DNA of 64,000 nucleotides from Eledone cirrhosa (taxonomy: Eukaryota): NCBI GenBank assembly GCA_964016885.1, contig OZ024745.1, forward strand, positions 30,008,001 to 30,072,000. The letters are read 5' to 3'. The notes below the pieces were generated by a model. That model did not search any database. It saw nothing but the letters and a program-made list of their open reading frames with translations, and was not told the origin of the DNA. Below, in pieces: positions 39,811 to 53,464 of the stretch. Made by a program: the position numbers and the translations under genes. Numbering within the stretch: the first letter of the stretch is position 1; every line of letters begins with the position of its first letter.

Positions 39811-40371
39811 TAAAAAAATAATGAATAAAACAATGAAACAGTTCCTTATATTAAACAAAAAAAGTTCATTATTTAACGATCGTTTCTGGGATATATATGT
39901 GTTAGAATTGGCATGTATATTTAACAGATCTATGTACAAAATTATACAAAATTATACAAACTATCAAAATTAAATATACATACCAACTCATATATATGCC
40001 GTCTTCAGAAATAATGAAATATATTTATTGATAATAACAACAATTCAAAATTACAGGTCTGTTTGGGAACAGAGTTCAAATTGACCAATGGAAACACAAA
40101 AAGTTTATACAGTTAGGTGTGTGTATATATGTAAGTAACTTCGTTCACAGATATGCATAAAAATATATGTTCACATGCATACGCATGCCGAAAAGATGTA
40201 TGTAAATACAAAAATTCAGAGCTAATGTCTCTGTATGTTTATAATCTACAGATAAAATACATATACGCATATAAACATATAAATATAAAAATAAATATAT
40301 ACACATTCATATACTCACACATATACATACATTCACACACACACGCGCATATACGCATAAACATACACACA

Positions 40372-40866
40372 ACCATAAGTATACCACCAATACATCAAAC
40401 TAACCATAATATCTCCTCAAATACAGAATTAACGAAAGGTTGTAACTGTAGAAACAAAGCAAACTGCCCATTAAAAGGAAATTGTCTTGTTAACAACATA
40501 GTTTATAAATGTAATGTTAAAACTAAAGATTCTATTTGCTCATATATAGGAGCTACTTCTAACAATTTTAAGGTAAGGTTTAATACCCACAAACATAGTT
40601 TTAAAAATGCCGCACTGGCTAATACAACATCTCTAGCAGAAAAAATCAATAGTTATAAAAATAAGAATATAGAATATGATATGACCTGGAGTGTGCTCAA
40701 AAGAGCCACCCCTTATCAAAATAATAGAAATGAATGTAGATTATGTTCCCAAGAACTATTTGAAATAATGAAATCTAAGGATATCCTATTAAATAAACGA
40801 CAGGAATTAATTATATCGTGTAATCATAAACTAAGAAAAACATTTAAATATTATAAACCTAATTAA
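40372..40866 (+). mobile_element. Penelope-like element GIY-YIG endonuclease fragment
   Basis: CNCRNKANCPLKGNC...IVYKC...SYIGAT...RFNTH...CRLC...LLNKRQE; stop at 40866. Confidence 0.9.
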
Positions 40867-41343
40867 TAACATTATTTTAGATATTAATATATAATTTAAT
40901 TTAAATGTTAGTTAACCTATAAATTTAATTTAATTAAAATTCTACTACAGATGAGATTATAAAATATTGTGTAATCATAAATTGTGAAAAACTTTTAAAT
41001 ATTACTAATATATACTTTGTAAATTAATTTATAGATTAATTTTAATTTATTTAACCTTTTATTAAAATTCCTTTACAGATAAAATATAACAAAATGTCGT
41101 GTATTCAATGACAGAGAAATATTTTTTAATATTATAGACCTAATTAATGTACAATTTAGAAATATATTAATAATTTGGTTTTAATTTGGTTAACCTAAAA
41201 ATTTAATTTAATTGGCTTAAAATTAAAATCCTAATACAGATGGATTGCAGAGTGTCATGTAATCATAGACTGAGATAGGTTTTAGATGTATACCTAGTTA
41301 ATATATTCTTTGCAATTTTTGAAAAAATATGTATATATATATG

Positions 41344-41418
<75 letters not shown>

Positions 41419-41830
41419 GAATATATATGTGTGTATATATTAATTTTAATTTTTGTTTACCTATAATTATATTCTACTATAGATAAAATACAATATCTGT
41501 TTTAATTATTATAAACCTAATTAACATATACTATAGAAATTAATATATAATTTTTAATTTAGTTAACCTATAATTTATATTCTACTACTGATGTAATACT
41601 TTATTTGGTTTTTTTTCCTATTACTAAATTCATTTCCTAATATTGATACCATAACGTTAATAATTTTAATTTAGTTATACTATAATTAATACTCTACTAC
41701 TATTTAACTTCAAAATTCCGCTTCAAATATTATAAACCTAAGTAGTATACACCTTAGAAATCAATATATTAACTATCTTTAATTTAGTTAACCTATAATT
41801 AATAGTCTACTTATATAAAAATGCATAATT
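40820..41830 (+). repeat. Degenerate tandem repeats of the PLE 3' end, about 6-7 units
   Basis: Recurrent gtaatcata...tattataaacctaattaa...gttaacctataat...ctactacagat. Confidence 0.7.
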
Positions 41831-42078
41831 TTGCCTTCTTCCTTACATTTCCTAATATTGAAACTACTATGTAAATACATATTATGATCTAAATGCAGAT
41901 TAATATTCTATGTTTCTTGAAACCTATATTTACTATAATCCCCCCCCCCCTATTATTATTTGTATTTGTAAGCGTGGATGTATGTATGTATATGTAGGTA
42001 GGTATGTATGTTTGGGTGTTTGTATGTGAGTATAAAAATACATATGTGCGCATGTAAATAAGGGTGTATGATTGTATG

Positions 42079-42128
<50 letters not shown>

Positions 42129-42247
42129 TATGCATCTATGTATTTATGTGGGTATATGTGTGTATGTATATGTATGCGCATGTATACGTCTATGTGTATA
42201 TATGTGTGTATGTGTATATATGTACGTATATGTGCATGTATATGTGA

Positions 42248-42333
<86 letters not shown>

Positions 42334-42378
42334 AGTTGATGTGTGTATGTGTATATATATATGTGTATGTATATGTAT

Positions 42379-42410
<32 letters not shown>

Positions 42411-42532
42411 GTGTGTATATATATATATATGTATGTGTGTGCATATTTGTCTGACTGGGTGTATTAATTAATTTATTTATTTATTTCTTTTATTTTTTTA
42501 TTTCTTTATTTTTATATATATGTATATATATG

Positions 42533-42565
<33 letters not shown>

Positions 42566-42851
42566 GTGTGTGTGTATGTATATGTATGTATGTATGTATG
42601 TGTATGTATATGTGTGTGTGTGTATATGTGTGTATATATTTATATGTGTATATATATCTCTATTTATATATGTATATATGTATATCCCTTTATTTATGTA
42701 TGTCTGAGTTGTGTGAGCGTGTGGTTGTGTTTGTATGTGTATACGCATACATGGATGTGTATGTATGTGTATATATGCGTATATGTATGTGTGTATGTGT
42801 GTGTGTATATATGTATGTCTATGTATGAGTATATATATGTATGTATGTATA

Positions 42852-42890
<39 letters not shown>

Positions 42891-43006
42891 ATATATATAT
42901 ATATATTTATTATATACGTGTGTGTATATATATATATCTTTGTGTATATGTGTATGTGTACATGTGTGTGTGTATGTGTATATATATATATATATATATG
43001 TATATG

Positions 43007-43038
<32 letters not shown>

Positions 43039-43091
43039 TGTATATGTGTGGGTATATATGTGTATATGTGTATATACATGAGTGTATTTAT

Positions 43092-43131
<40 letters not shown>

Positions 43132-43323
43132 TGTGAATGTATGTATATATGTATGTGTGTATATATATATATATGTGTGTATATATGTATATGTCTATGT
43201 ATTTATATGTGTATATGTATGTGTCTCTATATGTATGCACGTGTGTGTATGTGTATATATATGGTGTGTGTATGTATATGTATGTGTATGTATGTGTTTA
43301 TGTATATGTGTATGTATATGTAT

Positions 43324-43361
<38 letters not shown>

Positions 43362-43397
43362 ATGTATGTATATCGATGTATATTTTATATTTTACTT

Positions 43398-43433
<36 letters not shown>

Positions 43434-43689
43434 ACATATATATATATATATATTTTCTTAATATTTTTCTTTTTCTTTTTCTTTTTATTTCTAAATTTAT
43501 AGATACATTTATAAATAGGCAGTTTGCTGACACCAGTAAATACTGACCTCTCCCCCCCCCACCTACTTTCTGTATCTGGATCTAAATATGTGTGGCAGTG
43601 TTTATGTGCGCGCATTAATGTCCATATGCTTATGATAATAGTATATACACATATATGTGTGTGTGAGTGTGTGTGTGTATGTATGTTCG

Positions 43690-44262
43690 TGGTTGTGTGT
43701 ATGTTTATGCGTATATGTGCGTGTGTGTGTGAATGTATATATATGTGTGAGTATATGAATGTGTATATATTTATTTTTATATTTATATGTTTATATGTGT
43801 ATATGTATTTTATCTGTAGATTATAAACATACAGAGACATTAGCCCTGAATTTTTGTATTTACATACATCTTTTCGGCATGCGTATGCATGTGAACATAT
43901 ATTTTTATGCATATCTGTGAACGAAGTTACTTACATATATACACACACCTAACTGTATAAACTTTTTGTGTTTCCATTGGTCAATTTGAACTCTGTTCCC
44001 AAACAGACCTGTAATTTTGAATTGTTGTTATTATCAATAAATATATTTCATTATTTCTGAAGACGGCATATATATGAGTTGGTATGTATATTTAATTTTG
44101 ATAGTTTGTATAATTTTGTATAATTTTGTACATAGATCTGTTAAATATACATGCCAATTCTAACACATATATATCCCAGAAACGATCGTTAAATAATGAA
44201 CTTTTTTTGTTTAATATAAGGAACTGTTTCATTGTTTTATTCATTATTTTTTTAATATTTTA
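43690..44262 (-). repeat. Inverted copy of 39803-40372
   Basis: Near-identical translations on opposite strands (MHKNICSHAY..., MYIDLLNIHANS...). Confidence 0.9.
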
Positions 44263-44397
44263 TCTTGACTCTGTATTCCGTTTATCTTTCACCGAAAGTG
44301 ATTTTTCATTGCATCTCTTCTTTCCATGATATCCGGATTACATTGAGTTCTTCATACGGATTGGACACTACCGTAAACTCTTGGTAGATTTATCTAC

Positions 44398-44428
<31 letters not shown>

Positions 44429-44816
44429 TATACATACATGCACACAATCATACATATATACACACATACATACACACACATACATACACACATATATATA
44501 TACACGCATACATACGCATGCACAAATATAGCTATATGTACACACACCTACATACGCACACATACAAATAATTATAAGAAAAAATATAATAATAAAAATA
44601 CCGTCACAAGAATAAAAATGAATAAAAAATTATTATAAAGTTGACAGCGATACAGGCAACAAATAAATGAACAAACGCACGTGGTAAGCAATACACGCAA
44701 TTACACATACACATACATACGTAAAAATAAATACATACACACACACACACATACATATACATATACACATACATACACATACACATATACATACACACAC
44801 ACACACATATATACAT

Positions 44817-44847
<31 letters not shown>

Positions 44848-44850
44848 CAT

Positions 44851-45056
44851 TGCTGTAGCTTTTAATGTGTTTATTATCAGGGTATCTCTTCTACGGATTG
44901 CATTGTACAGTGTTTTGGCCACTACATCATGCCTCATAAGTAGATAGTACCGCAATGACATCTTTGGACAGCTGCTTATGACATGGGTGACATATTCGAT
45001 GTTAATTCTGCAGAGTCTGCACTTGTTATCACATCTAGGTGTTTTGCCTGCAATCC
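44851..45056 (-). mobile_element. R4/Dong-clade (RLE) non-LTR fragment
   Basis: KCRLCRINIEYVTHVISSCPKMSLRYYLLMRHDVVAK: CCHC knuckle followed by the RHD motif; flanked by microsatellites. Confidence 0.8.
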
Positions 45057-45103
45057 TATGTATCTATGTATGTATGTATGTATGTATGCATGTATGTTTA
45101 TGT

Positions 45104-45636
45104 ACAACCTGTCCCATGGTCGGGTTTCATGGTGAGGAGGGTGACTTTGGACACCCTGCAGGACAAAAACAAAACCTGTCAAAGGGCAAAGGAGCTCTTA
45201 AGAGTCAATGGCCATCCAAAATCACCGTGAGAGATGACCCCTTAGCCTTTGTCAAGGCAGAATTCTAGGAGAAGGAAAACTCTGATATAACACCTGCAAC
45301 TATGATGGTATCCAATGATGTTGACTTGTTCTTCTTTTTGGTAAATATCATCTTGGTTAAGAGAGTGGGACTGGCTTTGTGCAGTGCCTTTGCTCACTAT
45401 AAAAGCTTCACGGCACAGGCATTGCTTTATATCTGGAGATCTCTCTGCACTTGTCGTCACATGGTACCATGTGCCCAGCACTATGTGTCAATAATTGTCA
45501 CAAGTGTAGTGTTTGTACCAGAGTTTTCAAGTCGCTGGCTGGATTAAAAAGTCACACTCATTCAGCGCATCAGTAGGGGTTCTCCTACATGGATATAAAG
45601 TGGTGGCCGTACTCGAAAACGAATTGGCAGCCACCA
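45104..45636 (+). mobile_element. RTE-BovB-like non-autonomous element
   Basis: Longer copy of 29117-29522 ending gcagccacca(TA)n. Confidence 0.65.
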
Positions 45637-46682
45637 TATATATATTTATACATATGAAAAAGTTATGTATGTATATATATATATGATAAAGTTATATCTG
45701 TATAAATGCTGTATTATACACCAATATATATAAATATATACACATATCTGATATGTAAGCATATAAACATGGCAGAAAATACAAGTTTCCCTGTAAATTG
45801 AAAAAATGAGAAACACAATTGATTTCCAGATCCAATTGGACCCTCATCAAAAGGTGTGTTTACCATCCAAACAACAAGAAAACATGCATTTGATGGGTGT
45901 ATATACTCATTTGCTGTTAGTATTATTCAGAAATGGATGTTCTAATGAGCATATAATTAGCATTCATGTTGGTAATATATATATTAGGAAGTGTGTTAGC
46001 AGCCGAAGTGTACAATAAAGTTATATCTGTATAAATACAGTATGTAACTGAGACTGCATCAATATAATAACTCCCCCCCCCCCTCTCGAGTTGTTAAATG
46101 TTTTGAGGACCTTCTAAGCTGTTTCTAGCTTCATATGTCTTCTCATTAATAACTATCAAGCACACGCACAGGAAATTGGTTTGGTCATTCAAAGGTTGTC
46201 AATGTTAGCAGTTGCTACTAAAGCTTGGGATTGGTGTGATATGGCAGGGTCTGTGCACATCTGTAAGTGTTATTGTTAACCTTGGCGACCTTTGAATGAC
46301 TGTGCCAATATTGCATGTGGGCACCTGATATGGAATTATTCGTTTGCTTATTTCAGTCATTCTGACACTAGCAATACATGACCACATAAACTCCTCTCCA
46401 ACGTTCCTTCCATCTCCCCCAATGATGGATGAGAAAGCCAAAATATAGGGGCTAATAAGGTAACTTCATCGCTGGTTTTCATTTCATTTTACATATCTTT
46501 TTCTTATTTCCTCCCCTCCTCTCATATCTCAATTCTTCCTACTGCCACCTGATTTAGTTACATGAAGATTTACCCATCTGCATTGTAGAGGCTTCCAAAA
46601 ATGACCATTTTTACTATTCGACAATGCTTCAAGCAAACTTAAACTCTTATATATACATATATATAAATTATTTTAAACGTAC

Positions 46683-46733
46683 CTTCTTCAGCTGACAGCA
46701 TTCCTTCTTTTTTTGCAGCCACAAGTAGAATTT
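46683..46733 (-). CDS. Repeated micro-exon (51 nt) EILLVAAKKEGMLSAEE
   Basis: cattag|...G|gtacgtttaa; conserved flank. Confidence 0.82.
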
Positions 46734-47069
46734 CTAATGTTTAAAAAAAATTAACATAATGGCTTAAATATCATTTGAAACCACATATCACATTGAGTTT
46801 CCCCTTCATTTCATTACATATATGAATGTATGGATGTATGGACTCATAATAAAGTCATAGTGACCTACAGCATTTCTTAAGAATTTCGTTTACATCTAGC
46901 AGAGCCCACCTTCTCTTCAGAATGAAATAAAGCCAATTTCTTCCATAGTAAGAAAAGGGAATGATAGAGAGGAAGTGAGAAAGAGACATAGAGAAAATCG
47001 ACACCAGTACACTAATAGTAACTATAACTTTTGATTTGTATCGAACATTATCTATCTATCTATCTATCT

Positions 47070-47445
47070 ATTCTTTTTTTCAAATACCACTTTGGAAGAA
47101 AAATCAGGATGGAGAGAGAGGTGCTGTACCCCAGCAAGTTTTATGAAAGGTGGGTGAAAGTGGCGAGAATGGCCCGAGTGAATGGGCCTTCTCTCTATAT
47201 CAGCCTGTAGGTTGAGGAAAAGGAGGAGGAGAGGAAAGGAGTACAAACTCTTCATACTCCTGGAGATGAGGGTTGCACATTTTTTCGGGGGTATGTGTTA
47301 CCCATATAAACTGTCTCCCCTATTGGGGAAAATCGACTAATTTTTAAATTGCATTTGTGATAATATTTTACATGTTTTTATTGTATGTAAACTTCCCCCT
47401 TTGTATTTGTCCCCTTCTTTTGTGCCCCTGTGGCTAATAAAGAAA
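47070..47445 (+). mobile_element. Tx1/L1-like 3' end in (CTAT)n
   Basis: FFKYHFGRKIRMEREVL...FYERWVKVARMARV; ends ctaataaagaaa; (CTAT)n on both sides. Confidence 0.55.
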
Positions 47446-48930
47446 CATATCTATCTATCTATATATATATATATACCCAGTCTGCACTGTAAAGTGGTTC
47501 TATAGGTGTCACGACAAAAAGCACCCAGTCCAAAGTGTAAAGTTGTCATGTAGGTGTCATGAGAAAAATCACCCAGTACACTCTGTAAATGTGGTTGGGT
47601 TTAGGAAGGACATCCAGCCATAGAAATCAATACAAAATCAGTTCTATGTCTTCTAAACATGGTCCTCTGACCTGGATCTCTCATAATAGATGAGTATGTC
47701 CTACCCATGCTAGCATGAAAATGGATGTTAAACGATGATGATGATGATAATGATGATATAAACTATTAAAAATAGTTTATCAACACAGTTGCTTACTAAC
47801 ATTTATAATAATATTTGGATCTGTACATAACAAACAAAGTGTCCTTTGTCTATTCTATGGAAACTCATGACACTAAATATGTGTGTGTGTGCGTGCGTGC
47901 ATGTGTGTATAGTGGTAGAGCTGGTGCTATGACAAAAAGCATCCAGTTCTCAATTTAAGGAGATAGAAATGGTGACATAACAAAAAACACCCAGCCGATT
48001 CTGTAAGATGGTACTGCCAGAGTCATGATAAAATGGTCCCTGTACATGCCATAAACTGGATGACATTAAGAACGGCATTTAGCCATTGAAACCATGACAG
48101 AATGGAATGTATAAGAGTCATCTGACCTTTCTAACCAGCCTGAGAAGGTGACAACAGGTCTAACCCATGTAAGTATAGAACAATAGACATAAAATGATAA
48201 CAATAATAATGATGAGGTTATATATATATATGCATTATCATGATCATCGTTAAATACCTATCTTCCATGCATGCTAGCATGGGTTAGACGGGAATGGTCC
48301 CACTTGAGGCAAGATTGGTTGGGTGACCATGTCTCACTATATAGGACTGTCTGGCAGGTTTTCTATGGTTGGATGCCTTTCCTAACACCAACCACATTTA
48401 TAGTGTGGACTGGGAGGTTGTTACTGTGTTACCTACATGGCCATATCATCATCATCATCATCATCATCATCATTTTACATCCGCTTTTCCTTGCTTGCAA
48501 GGGTGGGACGGGAACTGATTCTGGCTTGATTTCTACAGCTGGATGCCCTTCCTAACACCAACCTCATTTACAGTGAGTACTGGGTGCTTTTTGCCGTGGC
48601 ACCTCCACGACCACTTTGCATTGGAATGATATGGACCCCAGTTCCTATCATCTCATTTCTACAGCTGAGTAAACTGGAGCAATGTGAAATAAAGTGTCTT
48701 GCTCAAGGAAACAACACATCACCCGGTCTGAGATAATATAATATAATATATATATATATAAAATATATATATATATATATAAAATATATATATATATATA
48801 AAATATATACATATATAAAATATATATATATATATATATATAAAATTTATACATATATAAAATAAATATATATATATAATATATATATATATAAATATAA
48901 AATATATATATATATATAATATATATATAT

Positions 48931-48971
<41 letters not shown>

Positions 48972-49211
48972 TATAATATATATATATTAGCTGGCCTGAC
49001 CGGCTGGCGCCCGGCTAGGTATACCTGCCCCCACCACTCCACTGAAAAGATACCACACACCCTCCTGTGTCACATTGTACTTCCGACTCTCTCTCTCTCT
49101 GAATAACTAGCATTTTAATCGTATCTCTCTCTGTCTAACAGCCTATCTCTCTCTTCTGCCTCCTCTGTTTTTCTGTCTCTCTCTTTAGATGTGTGTGTGT
49201 AGTTTTCCTAA

Positions 49212-49260
<49 letters not shown>

Positions 49261-49600
49261 ATATGTATATATTGAAGGGAGATATGGAAACTAAAACTGT
49301 TGTCATATAGAGAGTGAAGAGCGACAGAGAGAGTAAAGGAGTTAAATTATATATATATTATAATTATATATATATTATATATATATATATATATGTATAT
49401 TATATATATATATATATTATATATATATATTATATATATATGATATATATACATATATATATATTATATATATATAATATATATACATATATATATATTA
49501 TATATATATAATATATATACATATATATATATTATATATATATAATATATATACATATATATTATATATATACATATATATTATATATATACATATATAT

Positions 49601-49662
<62 letters not shown>

Positions 49663-49688
49663 AATAGAGGTGAAACACACGAGTTATG

Positions 49689-50058
49689 ATATATTGGTAA
49701 AAGGAAAAGAAAATGCTGACAAATTGTTCCCAATGAAAAATAGTTTCATTAGGAATAAGTAAAAATTAGTAATAGTATTGGTTAGTATTCAGTTTTAAGT
49801 TTTACCGGTTGCGCATTTCTAATGCTTTTCAAAAATAATTTTGAGATAGAGCGCCCGTGATGTTTGCTCTAAACAGATTAGAGCAAACATCACGGGCGCT
49901 CTATCTCAAAATTATTTTTGAAAAGCATTAGAAATGCGCAACCGGTAAAACTTAAAACCAAAACTGAATACTAACCAATACTATTACTAATTTTTACTTA
50001 TTCCTAATTAAACTATTTTTCACTGGGAACAATTTGTCAGCATTTTCTTTTCCTTTTA

Positions 50059-50067
<9 letters not shown>
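49689..50067. repeat. Near-perfect palindrome, ~185-bp arms, 5-nt loop (49873-49877)
   Basis: Direct reverse-complement comparison; few mismatches and one short indel. Confidence 0.92.
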
Positions 50068-50105
<38 letters not shown>

Positions 50106-50151
50106 ACACTTAAACATATACATAAATTATCTTAAAATATATCAAACATAC

Positions 50152-50199
50152 CTTCTTCTTGTGTTACCACTCCTGTTTTTATAGCAGCAACTAGTGCAT
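50152..50199 (-). CDS. Repeated micro-exon (48 nt) DALVAAIKTGVVTQEE
   Basis: caacag|...G|gtatgtttga; conserved flank. Confidence 0.82.
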
Positions 50200-50409
50200 C
50201 TGTTGTTAAAAAAAATTAACATAATGGCTTACATATCATTTGAAACAGCATATAACATTGATGTTCACCACCTCATTTTATCATATATATGTATGTATGG
50301 ACACATACGTCCTAGTAGAATCATGGGGGTACTATAGTGGTATATATTATTTCTTGGGCATTTCCTTTAAACTTGGTAGAGCCCAGATGTGTAAAGGTGT
50401 GTGTGTACA

Positions 50410-51795
50410 TGTCTTACTCCCAGCACCAACACAGCTTTAGAAACCAGGCCCAGAGAAATGCTACAACACTTTCCAACTGCACATGGAACCTCTGCGACAA
50501 TAACTCCATCTATGAACTGAAATGTAGTGTCTTGTCCAAAGCCTAACCTTACACCATGGGCCACCAACATGCAGTTTATGCCCTGAAGAGACCATCCAAA
50601 TTTTGTCTGCCAAGAAACAACTACTTAATAGAAAGAGCGAACTTGTTACTTTATGCAAACACCAAACTTACAAGACCTACCATAATGACCCAGGTGTGTA
50701 AGACTATTTCCCAACATTTATTACACACATCCACACAGGCACATATACCCCAGTAGATGTACACAGTTCATGTTCACACACAACCATGTCTCTACCATAA
50801 AATCCACCAACAGTTTCCACAAAATCACACCAAGATCAGTATCCAGATAGACACCCAACACATGTGCACACAGTTACATTCATGCACACTAGGACACATA
50901 GCACACATCTTTACATAATATTATAGAAACATGCTTATCTTTGAAGATATATACACAAACATTTAGATATCAACCAAAGCCAATCAGCACCCCCAACACC
51001 AACACTATACACATAAACCCAGAAATAGGCTGGTATAACAACACCAATCTAACTGCTACACAACAACACTCACTCAGGCACTCCATTACAGAAAAACAAC
51101 AACCATTCATATGCGAACCAGGCCACATACACATGCATGCACTGAAATCATAAACTGACAAAAGTGCACAACAAATACAAAATTTCAATACTACAATCTC
51201 TCTCTCACACATACATACCCTTACATGCTCATTGGCAATTTAGAATAATTTACACATAAGTAACACTGCAGAACATATCAATTACAACAACATGCACTTA
51301 CATGCAAACACATGCAAATGCAACCTTATATACAAACCTAATGTAGCTTTAGAACAATACACGTATACATGCAAATACAAACATATGCCGGTAAAACAAA
51401 AGCACAAATATATTTCAGCACAACACTCACCCCATACCCCACAACAAATACAACAAACACAGTGACAACAACCCTACATCTCCAAAACAACAACAATCGC
51501 AATACTGACAAGACAGTTAGTAGATATTTAATAAAACAAAAAAATAATAAAAAGGTCAGTGGTTTTGTTGACATGGATGGGGGCATACAAAATAAGTAAC
51601 TGGGTACAAGTGTGTGTAGTGTCTGCGTGTAGTCCTGCTAAAATCTCTGATCCCTCCAATGCACCTTTGGCAACTACAACACACACCCTCCAACTCAAGA
51701 TGACATAGGAAAAACATACATTCTTTATCCCTTGACAATTCTTCATCACTCCCAAACTACAATATGTCAAACCCAAATACACATTGACAATGAAA

Positions 51796-51830
<35 letters not shown>

Positions 51831-52045
51831 TCCCTGAGAATACATAATGTATAAACAATTGATTATAGACCCTACAATAATGACCTTCAAAGGGCCAATA
51901 TCCCCTTCTTAACTACTTATCTACTTACTCCACATGTCAATCACTTCAGGCCACACCCCTGACGAGAAGCTTATTCACAGCAGGGAGATATATCTCCAGT
52001 TTGGAATTTGCTGCTGAAACAGCAAGACCTCAGCCATTGGGCCCC
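50410..52045 (+). mobile_element. Degraded Penelope-like element (GIY-YIG remnant, CA-rich tail, degenerate hammerhead at 51959-52040)
   Basis: HQHSFRN...TTLSN..W...CSLC...LLNRKSEL remnant; CTGACGA...GAAA near the 3' end. Confidence 0.65.
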
Positions 52046-52102
52046 AACTCCCTAATATATATATATATATACACACACAGATATAAATTATATTAAACAT
52101 AC

Positions 52103-52147
52103 CTTTTTTAGTTTCCAGCACTTTAATTTTTGCAGCAGAAAGTTTTT
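52103..52147 (-). CDS. Repeated micro-exon (45 nt) EKLSAAKIKVLETKK
   Basis: catcag|...G|gtatgtttaa; conserved flank. Confidence 0.8.
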
Positions 52148-52972
52148 CTGATGTTAAAAAAATTCACAAAATGGCTTAAATATCATTTGAAACAGCATAT
52201 TGACTTTTTCCCCTCATTTTATTATATATATATATATATATGGACCCGAATCCCATCACTCCTCCAGATCTGAATAAAATCGATTTCTTCCAGAGTTAGG
52301 AAAGACAGTGATAAAGAGGAAGTGAGGAAGAGATATGGAGGAAAAATCAACCCCAGTTCTAGACGAATATTTCTTTTATCAACCTCGAAAGAACAAATGG
52401 CAAAGTCGAACTTGGTGGGATTTGAATTCACAGCACAGAGAACCAAAATAAATCTTGCAAAGCAGTCTATCTGCCTTCTAACAACTATGCTAAGTTGCTG
52501 CATATATGGTTTGTATATATTGTATATATTTAAAAAAAAGAAAGAATCTTTAAATACACTTTTCCATATCTATTTTTACCTACTATCTATGATTATATAT
52601 ATATATATATATATATATACATTTATATATATATATATATATATAACTGTAATGGCACACACTGTGAATGGTGGTGCCATGAAGAAAAAAGCACCCTGTC
52701 CAATCTGTTAGAGATAAAACTGGTAACATGATGAAAAACACTCAGCTGATTCTGTAAGGTGGTACTGCCAGAGTCATTATAAAATGGTCCCTGTACAAGC
52801 CATGAATTGGATGACATTAGGAAGGGCTTTCAGCCATAGAAACCATGCTAGAATGGAATGTATGAGCAGAAGACAATCATCTGACCTTCCTACCCAGCCA
52901 CAGAATGTGACAACAGGTCTGACACATACAAGCATGGAAAATAGACATAAAATGCTAATATAACAATGATGA

Positions 52973-53020
<48 letters not shown>

Positions 53021-53051
53021 TATATATATATATAAATTATATTAAACATAC

Positions 53052-53102
53052 CATCTTCCTGTGACCGCACTCCTTTCTTTTTTGCAGCAACAAGTATTAT
53101 AT
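53052..53102 (-). CDS. Repeated micro-exon (51 nt) DIILVAAKKKGVRSQED
   Basis: cataag (weak AAG acceptor)|...G|gtatgtttaa; conserved flank. Confidence 0.75.
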
Positions 53103-53177
53103 CTTATGTTGAAAAAAATTAACAAAATTACTTAAATATCATTTGAAACAACATATTACATTGACTTTCCCCTCCTC

Positions 53178-53209
<32 letters not shown>

Positions 53210-53464
53210 CATGGTCCCATAATTCCTGCTAGAGTTGTAGAGATACTATAGTGACACAGCATTTCTGGGGCATTTTAAAAAAACCTGGTGGAGCCCATAC
53301 CTTCTGATCTGAATTTAGCACATTATTCTAGTGAAGGAGAGAGAGCATGAGAGAAGGGAATCGAAAGGGTGTTATAGAAGAGGAGTCATCTCCAGTACTT
53401 TTTTTATCGACCTTGGCAAGATGTAAAGAAAAGTCAACCTCAGCAAGATTTGAACTCATATCAC

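Noticed and set aside
40153-40371. N-terminal part of the 237-aa ORF as a novel GIY-YIG fusion gene
   Set aside because: It derives from a low-complexity non-coding inverted-repeat arm fused by chance to the PLE fragment.
29483-44961. Many long YI/CV/HT-rich ORFs
   Set aside because: They are translations of (TA)n, (CA)n and (TG)n microsatellites.
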